Assembly (NCBI GenBank): GCA_963803435.1
Contig: CAWDML010000001.1
Coordinates: forward strand, 2,112,001 to 2,176,000
Source of the DNA: an uncultured delta proteobacterium
GTDB lineage: Bacteria; Myxococcota; Kuafuiibacteriia; Kuafuiibacteriales; Kuafuiibacteriaceae
Reading direction: 5' to 3'
Length of the DNA: 64,000 nt
The position numbers and the translations under genes were made by a program. The notes beneath the pieces are model-generated. The model saw only the letters and a program-made list of their open reading frames with translations, did not search any database and was not told where the DNA came from. This document shows, piece after piece, positions 52,923-62,124 of this stretch (the first letter of the stretch is position 1; the number at the start of each line of letters is the position of its first letter).

Positions 52923-53797
52923 ACCTTGCTCAGCGAGTCCCCCGGTCCAAAGAAGTAGCCGACGACCTCACCGGCACCCCACGAGGTGACGAACATCGAG
53001 ATCAACGGCAGGGAGCGAGCGAGCGTCCCCAGATGCTTTCGTTTGCCCACGATCCGCGAGATCGTGCGGTACAGCAGCACCGGCGGGAGCGCGAACGCGC
53101 TCACACCGTAGGCGACGCGCTTGGGGAGCGGGGCGCCGGCGACGCGGGCCCCCGCGTAGGAGCGCGCGTAGAGGTACCGCTGCGACATGTACTCCTTGAA
53201 CGTGTAGTGCTTCTTGTGACCGACCACGATGTCGGGCCGGCAGTGGAGCTCGACGCCTTCGGCCCGCAGCGTGTCGTGGAGATGATTCTCCCACTTGCCG
53301 GCCTCGACCGCGTCGCGGTGTGCGTCGATGAGCGCCTTCGTGTAGACGACGTTGTTGCCGGTGAGCCAGGCGACCGATCCCCCCTCGATCGGAGGGATGC
53401 AGTGGCTGTACTCGCAGAGGAACGCCGCCCAATCCAGCAGGGTATCGGTGGCCGCGTTCTCCACCGCACCGCCGACGATCGGCCTTCCCGCAGCGATCGC
53501 CTCGAGCATCCGGCGCGCCCAGCCGTCGGGGACGATCACGTGATCTTCGATCACGGCGATCGCGTCGCCGGTCGCCGCTCGGAAGGCGAGGGCCCGCATC
53601 TCGGGGATCGTGGCATCTCTGCTCGCCGGAAGGACACGGACCCACGGAAACAGGGTCGCGATCGACTCGGCGGCACCGATCCGGTCGACGACCAGCGCCT
53701 CGAGGTCGACATCGTCTCGCTGGCGCTCGAGGGCCTCGAGGCAGGCGGCCGCGTCGACCAGGGTGTTGACGGCCGGGATGACGACGGAGAGCTCCAT
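52916..53797 (-). CDS. Glycosyltransferase family 2-like protein
   Basis: MELSVVIPA, ATGDAIAVIEDH, GGAVEN, GNNVVY. Confidence 0.82.
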   Translation of the reverse strand: MELSVVIPAVNTLVDAAACLEALERQRDDVDLEALVVDRIGAAESIATLFPWVRVLPASRDATIPEMRALAFRAATGDAIAVIEDHVIVPDGWARRMLEAIAAGRPIVGGAVENAATDTLLDWAAFLCEYSHCIPPIEGGSVAWLTGNNVVYTKALIDAHRDAVEAGKWENHLHDTLRAEGVELHCRPDIVVGHKKHYTFKEYMSQRYLYARSYAGARVAGAPLPKRVAYGVSAFALPPVLLYRTISRIVGKRKHLGTLARSLPLISMFVTSWGAGEVVGYFFGPGDSLSKVC

Positions 53798-53828
53798 CGA
53801 GTCAAATCTATAGTAGGATTCGGCGCTC

Positions 53829-54926
53829 ATGAAAATGGCCGTCATCGGCACCGGCGTCATCGGCCGGCTGCGCGCGGAGTCCGTCGTCGAGCACGAGGCG
53901 ACCGAGCTCCTGGGCGTCGCAGACGTGAATCGCGTCGGCGCCGCCGAAACCGCGACTCGGCTGGCCACCCGGCCATTTGGTTCTTATCGAGAAATGATCG
54001 ATGTGCTGAGCCCTCAGGCCGTCATCGTCTCTTCACCCGTGACGCTCCACGAAGAGATGTGTCTGTACGCCCTCGATCGCGGCTGCCACGTGCTCGTCGA
54101 GAAGCCACTCTCGAACTCGGTGGAGTCGTGTCGGCGGATCCTGGAGCGCGCCGAGGAGAAGGGGCTCGCCCTTGGCGTCGGCTTCAATCATCGCTTCTAC
54201 CCGGCGATCCGGTTTCTCAAGCGCGTGCTCGAGGAAGGGAAGATCGGCGCCGTGGATCATGTTCGGATCTACGGCGGCCACGACGGTCTCCCCAACCTTC
54301 GATCCGACTGGATGTTCAAGGGCGAGCTCTCCGGCGGCGGCTCCATGATGGACATCGGCATCCACATGACGGACCTGGCGCGCTTCGTGGCCGGCGAGAT
54401 CGAGTCCGTCTACGGCGCCTCGTCGGGATCGATCTGGAAGGTCCCGGGCTCGGAGGACAACGCGATGGCGATCTTCCACGCGGCCAGCGGCACCCCGATC
54501 ATCTATCAGGCCACCTGGACCGAGTGGCGCGGCTTTCACTGGCACGTCGACGTGTACGGGAGTTTGGGGATGGTGCGCGCCGCTTACGCGCCGATGTTCA
54601 ACATGCTGGTCACGCACGCGCGGCCGGGCGGAAAGCGGAGCAAACGGTACCACCTCTACCCCGAGCTCATCCTCCGCGAGAAGCTGAGGGGCTGGCAGAG
54701 CACGACCAAGCGGACCTTCGCCGACGAGCTCGTCCACTTTCTCCGGATGATCGCGAAGGACCCGACCAGCGAGCTCGCTGACGGCTGGTCCGGTGTGCGG
54801 GCCAACGAGATCGCGCAGGCCGTCTATCGATCGACCACCGAGCGCGCTTTGATCATGCTTCCGCTCCGCAGCGCCCCCAAGCCGAACGGTGCGGCCCATC
54901 AGAGCGGGGTCGCGCCGAGCCGATGA
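53829..54926 (+). CDS. Gfo/Idh/MocA family oxidoreductase
   Basis: [34 protein letters not shown]. Confidence 0.92.
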   Translation: MKMAVIGTGVIGRLRAESVVEHEATELLGVADVNRVGAAETATRLATRPFGSYREMIDVLSPQAVIVSSPVTLHEEMCLYALDRGCHVLVEKPLSNSVESCRRILERAEEKGLALGVGFNHRFYPAIRFLKRVLEEGKIGAVDHVRIYGGHDGLPNLRSDWMFKGELSGGGSMMDIGIHMTDLARFVAGEIESVYGASSGSIWKVPGSEDNAMAIFHAASGTPIIYQATWTEWRGFHWHVDVYGSLGMVRAAYAPMFNMLVTHARPGGKRSKRYHLYPELILREKLRGWQSTTKRTFADELVHFLRMIAKDPTSELADGWSGVRANEIAQAVYRSTTERALIMLPLRSAPKPNGAAHQSGVAPSR

Positions 54927-55846
54927 AGCTGTCGGTGGTCGTCACGATCGTCGACGGCGGAGACGCGCTCGACCGCTGCCTGTCCGCGCTCTCGAACCAG
55001 ATCGAGCCGCCGGAGCTCGAGATCATCGTCCCATACGACGACACCGTTACGCACCTGCCGTCGGATCGCTTCCCGCGGGCCGCGTTCGTCGAGATGGGAC
55101 ACGTCCCCACCGAGAGCGATCCGAGGAGCGCGGCCGGACAACACGAGCTGTTCGACCGGCGGCGCGCGCGCGGGCTCGCGACCGCGAGCGGTGACATCGT
55201 GGCGATCGTGGAGGACCGCGGCGTGCCCACCCTCGAGTGGGCGCGCACGGTCGTTCGGCTCCACAGGGAGCTGCCGCACTCCGTGATCGGGGGCGCCGTG
55301 GAGAACGGTGTGGATCGGCTGCGCAACTGGGCGGTCTACTTCTGCGACTTCGGTCGCTACCAGCCGCCCTTCCCACCGGGCCCCGCGGACTGGGTCACCG
55401 ACGTCAACGTCAGCTACAAGCGGCGGGCCCTCGAGGAGACCGCCGAGCTCTGGAAGGAGCGCTACCACGAGACGACCGTCCACTGGGCGCTGCAGGAGAG
55501 CGGCGAGACGCTGTTCCTCACGCCGGAGCTGGTGGTCGAGCAGGTGCGCGGGAAGGACCATCTGACCGACCTGCTCGGCGAGCGCCTCCACTGGGGCCGG
55601 CTGTTCGCATACACGCGCGTGCGCGCCTCGAGCCCGCTCCGACGCCTCGTTTTACTCGGTGCGTCACCGCTGATCCCGACCGTCATGTTCCTCCGGCAGG
55701 CCCGCCTCCAGGTGAAGAAGCGCAGGCACCTCGGGCGCTTCGTCGCAGCCTCCCCCGGTGTGGCTGCGCTCCTCGCGTTCTGGGGCGCCGGCGAGGCGAT
55801 CGGATACCTAACCGGGAGACCTTCTGCTAGGAGAGGCGGCTCATGA
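54923..55846 (+). CDS. Glycosyltransferase family 2-like protein (paralog of 52916..53797)
   Basis: MKLSVVV, ASGDIVAIVEDR, GGAVEN, DVNVSY, WGAGEAIGY. Confidence 0.8.
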   Translation: MKLSVVVTIVDGGDALDRCLSALSNQIEPPELEIIVPYDDTVTHLPSDRFPRAAFVEMGHVPTESDPRSAAGQHELFDRRRARGLATASGDIVAIVEDRGVPTLEWARTVVRLHRELPHSVIGGAVENGVDRLRNWAVYFCDFGRYQPPFPPGPADWVTDVNVSYKRRALEETAELWKERYHETTVHWALQESGETLFLTPELVVEQVRGKDHLTDLLGERLHWGRLFAYTRVRASSPLRRLVLLGASPLIPTVMFLRQARLQVKKRRHLGRFVAASPGVAALLAFWGAGEAIGYLTGRPSARRGGS

Positions 55847-56760
55847 AGCGGGCGGTGGAGTGGTGCTCGGGCGTCGGTGCGGGCGCGCTCTCGTTTCTCT
55901 ATCTGATCTTCGTGCTCAACCCGATCCAGATGGTGAGCGTCGTGATCTATCCCTTCTCGCGCCGCCTCTTCCGCGCCGTGAACCGGTGGTGCGCGCGCTC
56001 GATCTGGGGGCTCTGGGTGATCATGGCCGAGCGCCAGAACCGGATCCAGGTACGCATCACCGGAGACCCGGTCCCGCGCCGAGAGAACGCGCTGGTCCTC
56101 CCCAATCATCAGAGCATGGCGGACGTGATGCTGATGATGTGCTTCGCCTGGCGCTGCGGCCGGCTCGGTGACATGAAGTTCTTCGTCAAGGACATCGTGA
56201 AATGGTTCCCGGGCTTCGGCTGGGGCATGAAGTTCCTCGACTGCATCTTCGTCAAGCGCGACTGGGCCCGCGACCGACGCTCCATTCACCAGCTCTTCGA
56301 GAAGTACAAGCGCGAGAGCATCCCGATCTTCCTGGTCTCCTTCCTCGAGGGCACCCGCCGTACCGACGAGAAGCACGCCCACGCCCAGCGCTTCGCCAGC
56401 GAGCGCGGCCTCTACTGTCCCGCACACACGCTCATCCCCCGCACCAAGGGCTTCGTCGCCACCATCATCGGCCTCGGAGACCACCTCGACGCCGTCTACG
56501 ACCTCACCATCGGCTACCCCGACGGCGTCCCCACCCTCGTCAACTGCTTCGAGGCCCGCGTGAAGCGCGTCGAGGTCCACGTCCGCCGCTACGCTGTCGC
56601 CGACCTCCCCACCGACGAGGTCGCCCTCGAGGCCTGGGTGTTCGACCGCTTCAAAGAGAAGGACGCCCTCCTCGCCCGCCTCGCCGAGCAAGAGCGCTTC
56701 CCGGGGGACGGCACGACGGATCGGATCCGCGTCAGGGATTGGTTCCGCGCGGAGGCGTGA
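55843..56760 (+). CDS. Lysophospholipid acyltransferase (PlsC/AGPAT family)
   Basis: NHQSMAD (HxxxxD), IFVKRDW, FLEGTR, LIPRTKGF, VYDLTIGY. Confidence 0.9.
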   Translation: MKRAVEWCSGVGAGALSFLYLIFVLNPIQMVSVVIYPFSRRLFRAVNRWCARSIWGLWVIMAERQNRIQVRITGDPVPRRENALVLPNHQSMADVMLMMCFAWRCGRLGDMKFFVKDIVKWFPGFGWGMKFLDCIFVKRDWARDRRSIHQLFEKYKRESIPIFLVSFLEGTRRTDEKHAHAQRFASERGLYCPAHTLIPRTKGFVATIIGLGDHLDAVYDLTIGYPDGVPTLVNCFEARVKRVEVHVRRYAVADLPTDEVALEAWVFDRFKEKDALLARLAEQERFPGDGTTDRIRVRDWFRAEA

Positions 56761-56813
56761 GCATCCGAAGTCCGGCCCTAAACCCCTCCCGAGCTCGGCC
56801 GATTCTCCCCGTG

Positions 56814-57347
56814 ATGCGCACGATCGCCGCCCTCGCCCTCTCCTTTACCGCCCTCGCCTGTTATCCGCAGGATCTCCCGCAGGGCCTTGCCGTACGGCCG
56901 GATGCGGATGGGGAGGTGGCGGCGGAGCCGGCGGAGCTGCATGTGATGTTGAGCGCGAGTGGGGTCTCGGAGGGGCTGTCGGTGTCGCTGGCAGAGGTGG
57001 AGCTGGAGTCGGGGGGCGCGTGGATGCCGGCGCTCGGGGCGGTTCACTCGTACGACTTGGCGTCGTTGGCGGAGCCGGCCGAGCTGTTGGCGGTGGAGCT
57101 GCCGGAGCAGGCGAGCGGGGAGATGCGGCTGGTGTTCTTGGATGCGTGGCGGATGGTCGGCGGGGAGTATGAGCAGGTCGAGGTCTCCGAGCCGGACGTG
57201 CTCGTGCCGACGCTCTTTCCGGTGGAGGCGGGGCGCGAGACGACGGTGTACCTGGAGCTCGATGCGTCGCGGTCGCTCACGACCGATGCGTCGGGGAGGA
57301 TGGCGCTGGCGCCGGTCGTGAACGTCAAGGCGATGTCCGTACGATGA
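56814..57347 (+). CDS. Putative lipoprotein, DUF4382-like
   Basis: Lipobox FTALAC; YDLASL, MRLVF, VYLELDASRSL, LAPVV. Confidence 0.6.
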   Translation: MRTIAALALSFTALACYPQDLPQGLAVRPDADGEVAAEPAELHVMLSASGVSEGLSVSLAEVELESGGAWMPALGAVHSYDLASLAEPAELLAVELPEQASGEMRLVFLDAWRMVGGEYEQVEVSEPDVLVPTLFPVEAGRETTVYLELDASRSLTTDASGRMALAPVVNVKAMSVR

Positions 57348-58326
57348 TCTTGCCGCGCGCGCGGCCGGACTCCGAACGCGTGTGGGCTTCGACGATCTGC
57401 TCCAGAGGTAGGACCGAGTCGACGACCGGGCGGATGACGCCCGACTCCACCAGCTCGGTGATCTTCCCCAGCGTGACGCCGTCCGAGCGACGGAGGACGT
57501 GGGATACCTTCACACGCCGGGTCAGGAACGTGCCGATCGCGAAGCGCGCCGAGTCCGTCACGGCGCCGGCGAGGCCCAGGTACGGTCCGTGGCGGGCCAC
57601 GTTCTCCGGGATCCCGCTGTTGAGCATGATCAAGGTGCCGCCGCTCCGGAGGACGCGCAGCGTGCGGGATTCGGTGTCGATCCCGGAGGCGTCGATCGCG
57701 ACGTCGAGCTCCGAGAGCACCTCCTCGAAGGGCTGCGTGCGGTAGTCGATCGGCTGGTCGGCCCCGAGCGAGCGGACCAGCTCGAAGTTCCGCTCGCTGC
57801 ACGTGGTGGCCACCCAGGCGCCGAGGTGCTTGGCGAGCTGGATGGCGACGTTGCCCACGCCGCCGGAGCCGGCCTGGATCAGCACGCGCTGGCCGCCGCG
57901 AAGATGGGCCTTCTCCACCAGCGACTCCCAGGCGGTGAGCGCCACCATCGGGATCCCGGCGGCCTCCTCGTGGCTGACGTTCCGGGGCTTCCGCGCGCAC
58001 GCACGCTCGTCGATCGCCACCATCTCGGCGTAGCAGCCCGGCCGGCGGTGCGTGGGAGAGGCGTAGACCTCGTCGCCCACCTGAAAGCGAGTCACGCCGG
58101 CGCCCACCTCGCGGACGACACCCGAGACGTCGAGCCCGAGGATCCAGGGCAGCGGGAAGCGGAGCGCGCCCCGAAACGCACCGCCGCGCATCTTGGTGTC
58201 GACCGGGTTGACGCCGGCGGCGCGCACCTCGATCAGGAGATCGCGGACGCCGACCACCGGCGCCGGCATGTCCTCGATCCGTAAGACCTCCGGCCTGCCG
58301 TACTCACGGATGACCGCGGCCCTCAT
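57325..58326 (-). CDS. NADP-dependent oxidoreductase (MDR/quinone oxidoreductase-like)
   Basis: AAGVNPVD, LGLDVSG, VLIQAGSGGVG, GRARGKII. Confidence 0.9.
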   Translation of the reverse strand: MRAAVIREYGRPEVLRIEDMPAPVVGVRDLLIEVRAAGVNPVDTKMRGGAFRGALRFPLPWILGLDVSGVVREVGAGVTRFQVGDEVYASPTHRRPGCYAEMVAIDERACARKPRNVSHEEAAGIPMVALTAWESLVEKAHLRGGQRVLIQAGSGGVGNVAIQLAKHLGAWVATTCSERNFELVRSLGADQPIDYRTQPFEEVLSELDVAIDASGIDTESRTLRVLRSGGTLIMLNSGIPENVARHGPYLGLAGAVTDSARFAIGTFLTRRVKVSHVLRRSDGVTLGKITELVESGVIRPVVDSVLPLEQIVEAHTRSESGRARGKIIVRTSP

Positions 58327-59354
58327 CGCCCCTTCTCGGGAGCGAGCCCGACACCTTGCTGGAACGTGCCACCGCCGTTGCGCTTGATCTGCTCGTCGGA
58401 CACGCGGTTCACGACCGAGAGCCGGATGACGTTCTTGTGTGCGGACTCGAGCTCCAGCATCCCCTTGAGCACGTCCTCGGGGAGCCCCCGCTCGAGCTTC
58501 GCCTTGTCCTTCTGCCCGCCGTAGAGCTCGTAGATGACCACGGCGCGCTCGACACCGATCGCACGGAAGCGGAGGTGCTGCTTCTCTACGGCGTCGACGT
58601 ACTCGAACATCAGCCGGCGGTTCTCGCGCTCGACCTCGCCCAGCAGCTGCGCGCGGCGCTGCAGGCTCTCATAGGTGGCCACCTTCGGCATCACCACCGA
58701 GAGCGCCTCCGCTTCGGGCTTCAACGACAGCCACTGCTGATCGAGCTTTGCGATCTGATCGCGGAGCGCGCCGGCGCCGCAGAAGCCGAGCTGCGATTCG
58801 ATCCCGCTGGTGTCCTTGGGCGGTGGAAGCGGCGTGGGGTCGACGTCGACCGGGACCTCGACCACCGACGCGCGCATCAGCTCGAGGAGCCACCTGCCCT
58901 TCTCGTCCTTGAGGAACGTGACGAGCTTGAAGAGGGGCGGAGCCACGGCCAGGAGGCGCAGCTGCTCGAAGGCCTTCTGGTCGCTGTTCTCGCTGAACTG
59001 GATCCGCCACAGCGTCTCGCTGATGCCGCTCTCGCCGCCGGTCTCGCCCACGTCCGAGACCTGGCGGGTGGTCCGCTCGATCGTCGCGCCGGGCACCTTG
59101 GCGACTCGCGCGTCGAGCTCCTCCTTGAGCTTGGACTCCGGCAGATCGAGCCCGAGCTCGGCCTTGGTCTTCTTGGCCGCGGCCTCACGCTCGTTCATGC
59201 GCTTCTCGCTCTGCGCCTTGAGCGCGATGCGCCCCTTGGCGCTGGCGATGGCGCGCTCGTAGTTGGCCTTGATCTCGCGGAGCTGCTTGCACTCCTGGTT
59301 GTCCCCGCAAGAGAGGACCAGAGGAAGAAAGAGGATCAATTGCGTCGTCTTCAT
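58323..59354 (-). CDS. Hypothetical lipoprotein with coiled coils
   Basis: Lipobox LVLSC at residue 15; K/E-rich helices; tightly packed between dapD and the oxidoreductase. Confidence 0.7.
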   Translation of the reverse strand: MKTTQLILFLPLVLSCGDNQECKQLREIKANYERAIASAKGRIALKAQSEKRMNEREAAAKKTKAELGLDLPESKLKEELDARVAKVPGATIERTTRQVSDVGETGGESGISETLWRIQFSENSDQKAFEQLRLLAVAPPLFKLVTFLKDEKGRWLLELMRASVVEVPVDVDPTPLPPPKDTSGIESQLGFCGAGALRDQIAKLDQQWLSLKPEAEALSVVMPKVATYESLQRRAQLLGEVERENRRLMFEYVDAVEKQHLRFRAIGVERAVVIYELYGGQKDKAKLERGLPEDVLKGMLELESAHKNVIRLSVVNRVSDEQIKRNGGGTFQQGVGLAPEKGR

Positions 59355-59355
59355 C

Positions 59356-60207
59356 TCATCTCAGCGCTTCTTCGAGCGTGGTAGCGGCGTCGGTCTTGCC
59401 GTCCCGATATTTCACGATCAGGGGGGTATAGAGTTGCAAGCCATGTTCCCGCGCAAAATCGCCGCTCGCGGGCCGGCTGCCGGGTACCACCACGGCGCCC
59501 TCGGGGATCGTGAGCGGGCGATCGCCCTCGCGCTGATAGGTGGTGCCCTTCACCAGGTCGTAGACGCGCGTGGAGCCGTTCAGGATCACGCCAGTGCCGA
59601 TCACCGCCCGCTCCTTCACGATCGTCCCCTCGTAGATTCCGCAGTTTCCGCCGACCACCACGTGGTCCTCGACGATCACCGGGAGCGCGCCGACCGGCTC
59701 GAGCACGCCGCCGATCTGGACCGCGGCCGACAGATGCACGCGCTTGCCGATCTGCGCGCAGCTCCCCACCAGCACGTGGCTGTCGACCACTGTCTCCTCG
59801 CCGACGTAGGCGCCGATGTTGATGTACGACGGCGGCATCACGATCACGTTCTCGCCGACGAACGCGCCGTCGCGCACGCAGTTGCCTCCGGGCACCAGCC
59901 GGACCTTGCTGGTGGAGAAGAACACCCGCGTCGGGAGCGTGTGCTTGTCGAAGAACTTGATCTGCGGGTTGAAGCCCTGGATCTCGAGGAGCTGCCCCAG
60001 ACGGAAGCCGGCGAGCAGCGCCTTCTTGTACCAGAGGTTGACCGTCCAGCTGCCGTCGGGCTGCCGCTCCGCGCAGCGGATCAATCCCAGGTTGGTGGCC
60101 TCGCGCAGCTCCGCGAAGAGCGCGCGATCCTCGGGAACATACTCATCCGCCTTCTTCTCACCGAGCTCGGTGAGGACGCGGATCAGCTCCTTGATCGGTC
60201 TGGGCAT
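59356..60207 (-). CDS. dapD: Tetrahydrodipicolinate N-succinyltransferase
   Basis: [49 protein letters not shown]. Confidence 0.93.
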   Translation of the reverse strand: MPRPIKELIRVLTELGEKKADEYVPEDRALFAELREATNLGLIRCAERQPDGSWTVNLWYKKALLAGFRLGQLLEIQGFNPQIKFFDKHTLPTRVFFSTSKVRLVPGGNCVRDGAFVGENVIVMPPSYINIGAYVGEETVVDSHVLVGSCAQIGKRVHLSAAVQIGGVLEPVGALPVIVEDHVVVGGNCGIYEGTIVKERAVIGTGVILNGSTRVYDLVKGTTYQREGDRPLTIPEGAVVVPGSRPASGDFAREHGLQLYTPLIVKYRDGKTDAATTLEEALR

Positions 60208-60240
60208 GGGGCCTCTCTAGCCCACATGCCCGATGTTTTG

Positions 60241-60777
60241 CTACCGAATGATCTCGACGCTCTGGAGGACGATGTCCTTCAGCGGGCGGTCGCCGCGATC
60301 GGTCTCGGCGGCCTCCATCTTCTTCACCACGTCCATCCCGTTGACGACCTCACCAAAGACGGTGTGCCGATTGTCGAGATGCGGGGTCGCGACGAAGGTG
60401 ATGAAGAATTGGCTGCCGTTCGTCCCCGGCCCCGCGTTGGCCATCGAGAGGATCCCCGGCTTCGTGTGCTTCAGGCTCGCGACGAACTCGTCCGCGAACT
60501 TGTAGCCCGGCCCGCCCCGACCCGTGCCCGTGGGATCGCCGCCCTGGGCCATGAAGCCCTTGATGATGCGATGGAAGATCACGTCCTTGTAGAGCGGTCC
60601 GTCGCCGGCATCTCCGCTCGGCTGCGTCCAGTCCACGGTGCCCTCGGCGAGGCCGACGAAGTTGCCGACGGTCTTCGGACATTGCTGCGAAAACAGCTTG
60701 ACCTCGATGTCGCCAAAATTGGTCTTGAGCCGGGCCCCTTTGACGTCGCTGACGTCGGGGAAGTTCGGTGCTGCCAT
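60241..60777 (-). CDS. Cyclophilin-type peptidyl-prolyl cis-trans isomerase
   Basis: [52 protein letters not shown]. Confidence 0.96.
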   Translation of the reverse strand: MAAPNFPDVSDVKGARLKTNFGDIEVKLFSQQCPKTVGNFVGLAEGTVDWTQPSGDAGDGPLYKDVIFHRIIKGFMAQGGDPTGTGRGGPGYKFADEFVASLKHTKPGILSMANAGPGTNGSQFFITFVATPHLDNRHTVFGEVVNGMDVVKKMEAAETDRGDRPLKDIVLQSVEIIR

Positions 60778-60824
60778 GATGCGCCCCGTCTAACCCGCGC
60801 CGGGTCCGAGGTCAAAGCGAGTTC

Positions 60825-62072
60825 ATGACGCACGATGCCACAGCCGGCCGACCCCGTTCCGCCTGGAGCAACCCGCGGATCTTTCACATGGCGTCGCTGT
60901 CGTTCTTCGGCGCGGTCCCCCTCCAGATCGTCGTCAACACGATGCCGACATGGCTGGCCAGCTTCGGCGTCCGCGCCGCCGATATCGGCCTGTTCGCCCT
61001 GGCCACGCTGCCCTGGAGCTTCAAGTTCGTCTGGTCGCCGCTCATCGATCGCTTTCGCCCGTCCTTCGGCGGCCGCCGCCGCGGCTGGATGCTGATCGCG
61101 CAGGTCGCCTTGCTCTTCGCCATCGCCCTGGTGCCGTTCGTCGAGCCGAGCGAAGCGACGATCGTCATCGCTGTAGGGTTCGTGATCGCGTTCTTCTCAG
61201 CCACCCAGGACATCGCCATGGACGCGTACGCGGTGGAGCTGATGGAGGTCCACGAGCAGGGCCCCGGTAACGCGCTGCGCACCACGTTCTACCGGATCGG
61301 AATGCTGGCCGCCGGCGGCGTGGCGATCGCCGCGGCCGGCGTGTTCCCCTGGCGTTACGTGTTCATCGGCCTTGCCCTGGCGATGCTGCCGGGGATGCTC
61401 CTCGTGGCTACCGCTGCCGAGCCGCCCGCGAAGCAGACCGAGGTCACCTCGCTCGGCGACGCGATCGTCGATCCCTTCGTCCAGTTCTTCTCCCGGAAGG
61501 GCGCCGTCTCGTTCGCGCTCTTCATCCTCTTCTACAAGTTCGGCGACAACATGGTGCAGTCGATCCTGTCGCCGTTCTTCGTGCAGGAGCTGAAGGTCTC
61601 GCTGGTGGAGATCGGGTTCGCCCAGAAGACCGTCGGCATGGCCGCGACCATCGCCGGCACGCTCCTGGGCGGCGCTCTGATCCCGCGCCTCGGGCTGGGC
61701 CGCTCGCTCTGGGGCTTCGGCCTGCTCCAGGCCACCGTCAACCTCACCTACGCCGCCACCGCGTGGACCCACGGTGCGCGCCCGATCATGTACACCGCGA
61801 TCGCGCTGGAGTACGGCTGCGCGGGGCTGACCACCGCCGCGCTGCTCACGCTGATCACGCGCCTCTGCGACAAGCGCCTCGCGGCCACCCAGTTCGCGCT
61901 CCTCACCAGCGTCTACGGGCTCGGACGCACCCTGGCCGGACCCCCGAGCGGTTACCTGGTCGAACAGCTCGGCTACGCCACGTTCTTCCTGATCACGATG
62001 ATCGCCGCCGTACCAGGGCTCGTGCTCTTGTTCCTGATCATCCCGCCGACGCAGCGAGAGCCCGAGATCTGA
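60825..62072 (+). CDS. ampG: AmpG family muropeptide MFS transporter
   Basis: LPWSFKFVWSPLID, GRRRGW, SATQDIAMDAY, YKFGD, ATQFALLTS. Confidence 0.9.
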   Translation: MTHDATAGRPRSAWSNPRIFHMASLSFFGAVPLQIVVNTMPTWLASFGVRAADIGLFALATLPWSFKFVWSPLIDRFRPSFGGRRRGWMLIAQVALLFAIALVPFVEPSEATIVIAVGFVIAFFSATQDIAMDAYAVELMEVHEQGPGNALRTTFYRIGMLAAGGVAIAAAGVFPWRYVFIGLALAMLPGMLLVATAAEPPAKQTEVTSLGDAIVDPFVQFFSRKGAVSFALFILFYKFGDNMVQSILSPFFVQELKVSLVEIGFAQKTVGMAATIAGTLLGGALIPRLGLGRSLWGFGLLQATVNLTYAATAWTHGARPIMYTAIALEYGCAGLTTAALLTLITRLCDKRLAATQFALLTSVYGLGRTLAGPPSGYLVEQLGYATFFLITMIAAVPGLVLLFLIIPPTQREPEI

Positions 62073-62124
62073 CCGCGTGTTTCCTTGGTCGATCCCGACC
62101 ACCTGTGCTAACCGCTCCACTCCC

